Source of the DNA: an uncultured bacterium
Lineage (GTDB): Bacteria > Zixibacteria > MSB-5A5 > UBA10806
Direction of reading: 5' to 3'
DNA: 64,000 bases
NCBI GenBank assembly: GCA_965541585.1
Contig: CBEUCH010000005.1
Span: forward strand, 64,001-128,000
Shown here one piece after another: positions 60,471 to 64,000 of this stretch. The notes under the pieces were generated by a model. It worked only from the letters and a program-made list of their open reading frames with translations, was not told the origin of the DNA and made no database searches. The stretch's first letter is position 1. Every line of letters starts with the position of its first letter. Made by a program: the position numbers and the translations under genes.

Positions 60471-60913
60471 ATTGTGAGCAGGCCAGAATCCTCCTCTCCG
60501 GATTGATCGATGGCGAGCTTAATCCAGAGGAGAAAAAGATAGCTGGCGAGCATATTGCCTCCTGCCCCGACTGCAGGAAAGAATATGCCAGGTTGAAGAA
60601 TTTGAAGGAGGTTACCGACGATATGAAATATTTCGACCTTCCCGACAAGCTCTGGGCGGGCTACTGGCGGGAAATTTATAATCGTGTGGAAAGAGGCATC
60701 GGATGGATCTTTCTTTCCATCGGCGCCATAATTCTGCTGGCATTCATCGGCTGGCAGATACTCGACAATTTCTTCCTTAACCCCGCAGAACCCCTGTATT
60801 TGAAACTGGGGGTGGGGTTGCTTCTCCTGGGGTTGATAATCCTGCTGATATCGATTATCAGGGAGCGACTCTTTTCCCGCAAACACGATAGATACGACGA
60901 GGTGGAGATATGA
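60467..60913 (+). CDS. Zinc-finger (zf-HC2) anti-sigma factor with two TMs
   Basis: MNCEQAR.LLS..IDGEL...HIASCPDC; overlaps the sigma gene (ATGA). Confidence 0.9.
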   Translation: MNCEQARILLSGLIDGELNPEEKKIAGEHIASCPDCRKEYARLKNLKEVTDDMKYFDLPDKLWAGYWREIYNRVERGIGWIFLSIGAIILLAFIGWQILDNFFLNPAEPLYLKLGVGLLLLGLIILLISIIRERLFSRKHDRYDEVEI

Positions 60914-61230
60914 TTCTTGCGACTACCAATGAATTCCCCGCAAAGGAAATCACCGAGGTTCTCGGCTTGGTTCGGGGAAACACGATCCGGGCCAGACACT
61001 TAGGGCGCGATATAATGGCTCTTTTGAGAGGTATCGTGGGGGGAGAAGTCAAGGACTACACCAAGATGATGGCTGAGGCAAGAGAACAGGCCTTAGACCG
61101 GATGATTGCAGAAGCCGAAGCCCTGGGTGCGAATGCCATCACCGGTATCAGGTTTTCCACATCCTTCGTTATGCAAGGAGCTGCAGAGTTTTTGGTTTAC
61201 GGGACAGCCGTAAAGGTATCCGGCTCATAA
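60910..61230 (+). CDS. YbjQ/UPF0145 family protein
   Basis: G.VGGE...YT.....AREQAL.RM..EA..LGANA..G.RF...YGTAV. Confidence 0.92.
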   Translation: MILATTNEFPAKEITEVLGLVRGNTIRARHLGRDIMALLRGIVGGEVKDYTKMMAEAREQALDRMIAEAEALGANAITGIRFSTSFVMQGAAEFLVYGTAVKVSGS

Positions 61231-61308
61231 CGAATCATCCAGTTATCTATTCTCAGGCAGCTGAACAGGGCCTATAGGCCCCCATATTCATAATACCCAT
61301 AATTTCTT

Positions 61309-61323
61309 CGGCATCATAATTGC
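61309..61323 (+). promoter_or_regulatory. Putative sigma-54 (-24/-12) promoter
   Basis: CGGCATCATAATTGC: GG-N10-GC with TTGC, upstream of 61442. Confidence 0.55.
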
Positions 61324-61441
61324 AGTTATATGATACAGAATATGCTGTATCTTCTTTTAATTCAAGGCGTTAAGGACAGGGAATTGACGAAAAAAGACGA
61401 GATGTCTGCAGAGTATTGCATATTATGTAAAGGGGTTTAGC

Positions 61442-61924
61442 GTGTCAAAGCGGGCCGAAATCAAATTAGATTCGATTGTATTGTTAACTTCGGTGTTGGC
61501 TGTACTGGTGGCGGGAACCTTGACCATGGCTACCATTACAAGAAATTCCGATAAATCTGAGCAGCGGAGCGAAATCTTCTATGACTCACCGGATCCTATG
61601 AAGAGAGCTGAGCAGGCGGCTAAAGCGGGCATGGATGCTGCAAAGTGGCATATAGAGTGCCATGGCCGGATCGAGGCCGGAGGCCTATCGCCAAAATTCT
61701 TTGCCAATGGCGCAATATACACGGTCGCCTGGGACGATGTGGATATGTTCGATTCGACCGTGGTAGTCAGGAGCATAGGGGAATTTTCCTGGGGAGGCCA
61801 AAGACAATACCAGGTCGATGTCGAATCGAAAATAAAAATTGAATTTCTTCCCTCACGCGGGCAGGAAATATTAAGCGCATATTATTCGCGAAACTCCTCT
61901 ATGAATATAGAGCAGACAGAATAG
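61442..61924 (+). CDS. Hypothetical single-TM protein (weakly PilX N-terminal-like)
   Basis: N-terminal TM followed by RAEQAAKAGMDAA and VVRSIG, loosely like PilX-type proteins. Confidence 0.55.
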   Translation: MSKRAEIKLDSIVLLTSVLAVLVAGTLTMATITRNSDKSEQRSEIFYDSPDPMKRAEQAAKAGMDAAKWHIECHGRIEAGGLSPKFFANGAIYTVAWDDVDMFDSTVVVRSIGEFSWGGQRQYQVDVESKIKIEFLPSRGQEILSAYYSRNSSMNIEQTE

Positions 61925-62081
61925 GGATATGAAGTAATATTTCACGTTCCGGCCATCAGCTTTTCCTAGGTAGCAAGCTGCCTGCCGACATTTCTATCCA
62001 ACAAGACAGTTTCCTTGACATGGCCGCTGCGGATACGAGCCTTGCGATCAAAAAAGATCACGACCCGGGTTGAAGCAACTC

Positions 62082-63083
62082 TCAAAGATGCATTCCGTAA
62101 CTCAGGCCGAATCTGGCCGTCCAGTCCTCTGTCAACTGGCTGCCATTGACATTCTGATAAATTGGTATCTCCAGATTGCTCCACAATTGCAACCCATGAA
62201 TGCCCCTGCCAAGAATGCTATAAGTAATCCCCGGCGAGACATAAATCCAGTCTCCCCCGCTGCTTGCGAAAACCTGACCGTCTCGTTTGTCTTTAGCTCT
62301 GTGGAGCGCATTCATGCGGAAGGAAAAATCCAGCCCGGATTGATTAGAGAAGATTAGCGAGTAAGCTGTGCCTATTCCGTATAGGAAAAAGGTTCCTGAT
62401 TTCGTTCCGTCATCTGATTCACTTAAGATAGGGCGGGCATACAGATTGGCGTTCGCGCTCCACGGTCCCTGAAGCGAGAAAACCATAGAGGCCAGAAAAA
62501 CCGGATCAACCGTCCCGCTGATGAAATTCTTATCGGAGCTAATCGGATTCTCAATGCCTTCTCCTACAGGGATATTGGTGCCGGCCCCCGCAGACAGCAT
62601 GGTCGGGGCGGCGAAATAGCCGAAGGACCAGAAGTATTGCGCTACCAGGGTCAGATCGCCAAATTTCGTGTCACTGTCCTGGACGCTGCCAAGATTAATG
62701 AAGTCCACGCTCAGAAGCGGAAGGGTAGCCTGCAAGGCCAGGCGGTTTGTGAGACCGTAATCAAGTTGCCCGGTATAGACCCGGGCGCGGGTAGCCTGAT
62801 CCATCGGGTTGCTCACAACTTCCGTGCCAGCGCGAAGATCAGCCCGCTTGCTGTAACTTCCCGTGAAGCCGAATTGAATATGTCCCTTGTGCAGGGCGCT
62901 CGATTCGGTCCTGCCGACCGGCAGGTGCGGTGAGCTTCAAAGGCCTCATTGACCTATGGCGACCTTAGCCAGCGGGATACTCAAGGCGATGGATGCCGCC
63001 AAGAACCATGCGGCTAAGTTTGTTGCCTTATTCTTCATTGAGAATCCCCCCGAAACTGCCCCCGATGCTGATTGCTGATGCAT
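62082..63083 (-). CDS. Putative UxxU selenoprotein, secreted outer-membrane beta-barrel/transporter-like
   Basis: Continuous frame from ATG 63083 (RBS AAGGAG) or ATG 63038 through a signal peptide, CAA-TGA-GGC-CTT-TGA-AGC (TGA 62946-62948 and 62937-62939) into track ORF 62082-62816. LDYG, FGD, PIYQNVNG.QL and GLSY barrel features. Confidence 0.8.
62910..62925 (-). promoter_or_regulatory. Bacterial SECIS-like hairpin
   Basis: CCUGCC-GGUC-GGCAGG starting 11 nt after the second in-frame UGA. Confidence 0.75.
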
Positions 63084-63244
63084 AATCTGATCTCCTTAAA
63101 TGTCCCATAGTGTGTCACAGTCCATCACTGCCGAACCTTGATGGCTTGCTGTGACCACCTCAATCTTCGGAGCTACAGGCCGCCCGCGGACGGCCATTTC
63201 CAAGTTGTCAGTTTTGTGGATAGCAGTTTCAGCCAAAAGGTTCC

Positions 63245-63283
63245 CCTACGCCGGCGGCCCTCAGGGTGGTTTCATCCGGTCCG
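63245..63283 (-). repeat. Diverged second copy of the thioredoxin-like gene 3' end
   Basis: Encodes GPDETTLRAAGVG versus GPDEAALKAAGLG in the gene itself (63319-63358). Confidence 0.75.
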
Positions 63284-63293
63284 AGAGCTTCTT

Positions 63294-63572
63294 TCAGGAT
63301 GAGCCGGTTATTGGTCGCCCGAGACCGGCCGCTTTCAGGGCGGCTTCATCCGGTCCGCTATTAACGCAACAATCTGCTATCTTGCCATCAATCAAAACCG
63401 CCGGCACGGTGCGTATCCCCAGGCTCCTGGCCGCTTTCGCTACCCTGTCATCATTCATGTCATGCACGGTCACCTCGCATGACGGGCATGCCAGCCTGTT
63501 GACCATTTGAATTACCTCATTGCATGGGGGGCATCCGGCGCTGAAAATCTCTACTTTTCTTCTGGTGGCCAT
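63294..63572 (-). CDS. Small thioredoxin/glutaredoxin-fold protein with CPPC, CPSC and CC motifs
   Basis: VEIFSAGCPPC, GIRTVPAVLIDG, DCC...GPDE..L.AAG; RBS AAGGAG. Confidence 0.88.
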   Translation of the reverse strand: MATRRKVEIFSAGCPPCNEVIQMVNRLACPSCEVTVHDMNDDRVAKAARSLGIRTVPAVLIDGKIADCCVNSGPDEAALKAAGLGRPITGSS

Positions 63573-63668
63573 AACTTTCTTCTCCTTCTATGGTTTGAAT
63601 CCCGATGCCGTGCGCGGCGAGCGACCTGGCCGATCGTTAGTGGTTTCATTTCAAGACCTCCACCCTGA

Positions 63669-63700
63669 ATAATACACCCTGTAGTATACTACAGGGTCAA
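63669..63700 (-). promoter_or_regulatory. MerR-family operator/promoter
   Basis: TTGACC-20 bp-TATTAT with a perfect 22-bp palindrome ACCCTGTAGTA|TACTACAGGGT (63676-63697) over the spacer. Confidence 0.85.
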
Positions 63701-63747
63701 GAGTTTTTTTACGGTCTTTTGTATTTTCGACGAAAATTATCCTGTCA

Positions 63748-64000
63748 CTAATACTTCTTGCGCCGCTCTATCATATAATTGGAGCCGTGCAGCGTTTTGG
63801 TGTATTTCTTCAGATCCGCCATCATATGGCTCATCTCCCCCGGATGCTGGAACATTCTTTTCTGATTGTTAAGTACCGCGATCGATATTGTGATGATCTC
63901 GAAACGCTCCATTTCGCCCCTGCGGTTCGGAACATCGATCCATCCCCTCTCCCGGTCGACCTCGGCATAGCGAAATGGCGCCATACGATCAAAAGTAGCT
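63748..64000 (-). CDS. C-terminal end of a GGDEF-type (diguanylate cyclase-like) protein; runs off window
   Basis: FD..AP..Y...DRERG.I...NRRG....F.I.TISIAV...ADLKKY.K...GSNY..ERR is typical of GGDEF C-termini. The active-site motif lies outside the window. Confidence 0.7.
   Translation of the reverse strand, partial: ATFDRMAPFRYAEVDRERGWIDVPNRRGEMERFEIITISIAVLNNQKRMFQHPGEMSHMMADLKKYTKTLHGSNYMIERRKKY

Noticed and set aside
61969..61982. GGTRGCAAGCTGCC shared with ~14690 at the edges of accessory segments
   Set aside because: A 14-nt match with one mismatch could arise by chance in 64 kb.
62082..62816. Track ORF as the complete gene, or the locus as a double-nonsense pseudogene
   Set aside because: The short ORF lacks a signal peptide. 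Both stops are TGA in CxxC spacing with a correctly placed SECIS-like hairpin and there is no other damage, so recoding is more parsimonious, though unproven.
62937..62948. Genome-wide TGA reassignment (genetic code 4 or 25)
   Set aside because: Many conserved genes in the window end at TGA at their expected C-termini (rfaE1, rpsU, dnaG, mutS2, rocD).

Overview
Bacterial chromosome segment, mostly housekeeping, secreted-protein and signalling genes. The NYPNPFN-type C-terminal domains, IPTL-CTERM tail and eukaryote-type citrate synthase suggest an FCB-group lineage such as Zixibacteria (inference). It contains heptose biosynthesis (rfaE1/rfaE2), a GH57 branching enzyme, the rpsU-yqeY-cvpA-mutS2-dnaG-sigma70 operon, rsgA, a DnaQ-DinG helicase, squalene and polyprenyl synthases, rocD, tRNA-Phe(GAA), two sigma-54 activators, a three-gene multi-GAF kinase cluster, an OPT transporter with two amidohydrolases, and an ECF sigma/anti-sigma pair. 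The strongest finding is at the right end and is missed by the ORF track. A MerR-type palindromic promoter (63669-63700) precedes a Cys-rich thioredoxin-fold gene and a secreted beta-barrel-like gene. The barrel's frame runs through two in-frame TGA codons (Q-U-G-L-U) just after its signal peptide, and a GGUC-loop SECIS-like hairpin lies 11 nt after the second TGA. This is a candidate metal-inducible UxxU selenoprotein system. Other notable items are an AT-rich orphan gene between 36-bp palindromic direct repeats, an ArsR locus with unannotated Cys-rich microproteins, a nested palindromic element, several apparently leaderless genes and a divergent sigma-70 at the rpoD position. No database searches were run; all family calls come from motif recognition.
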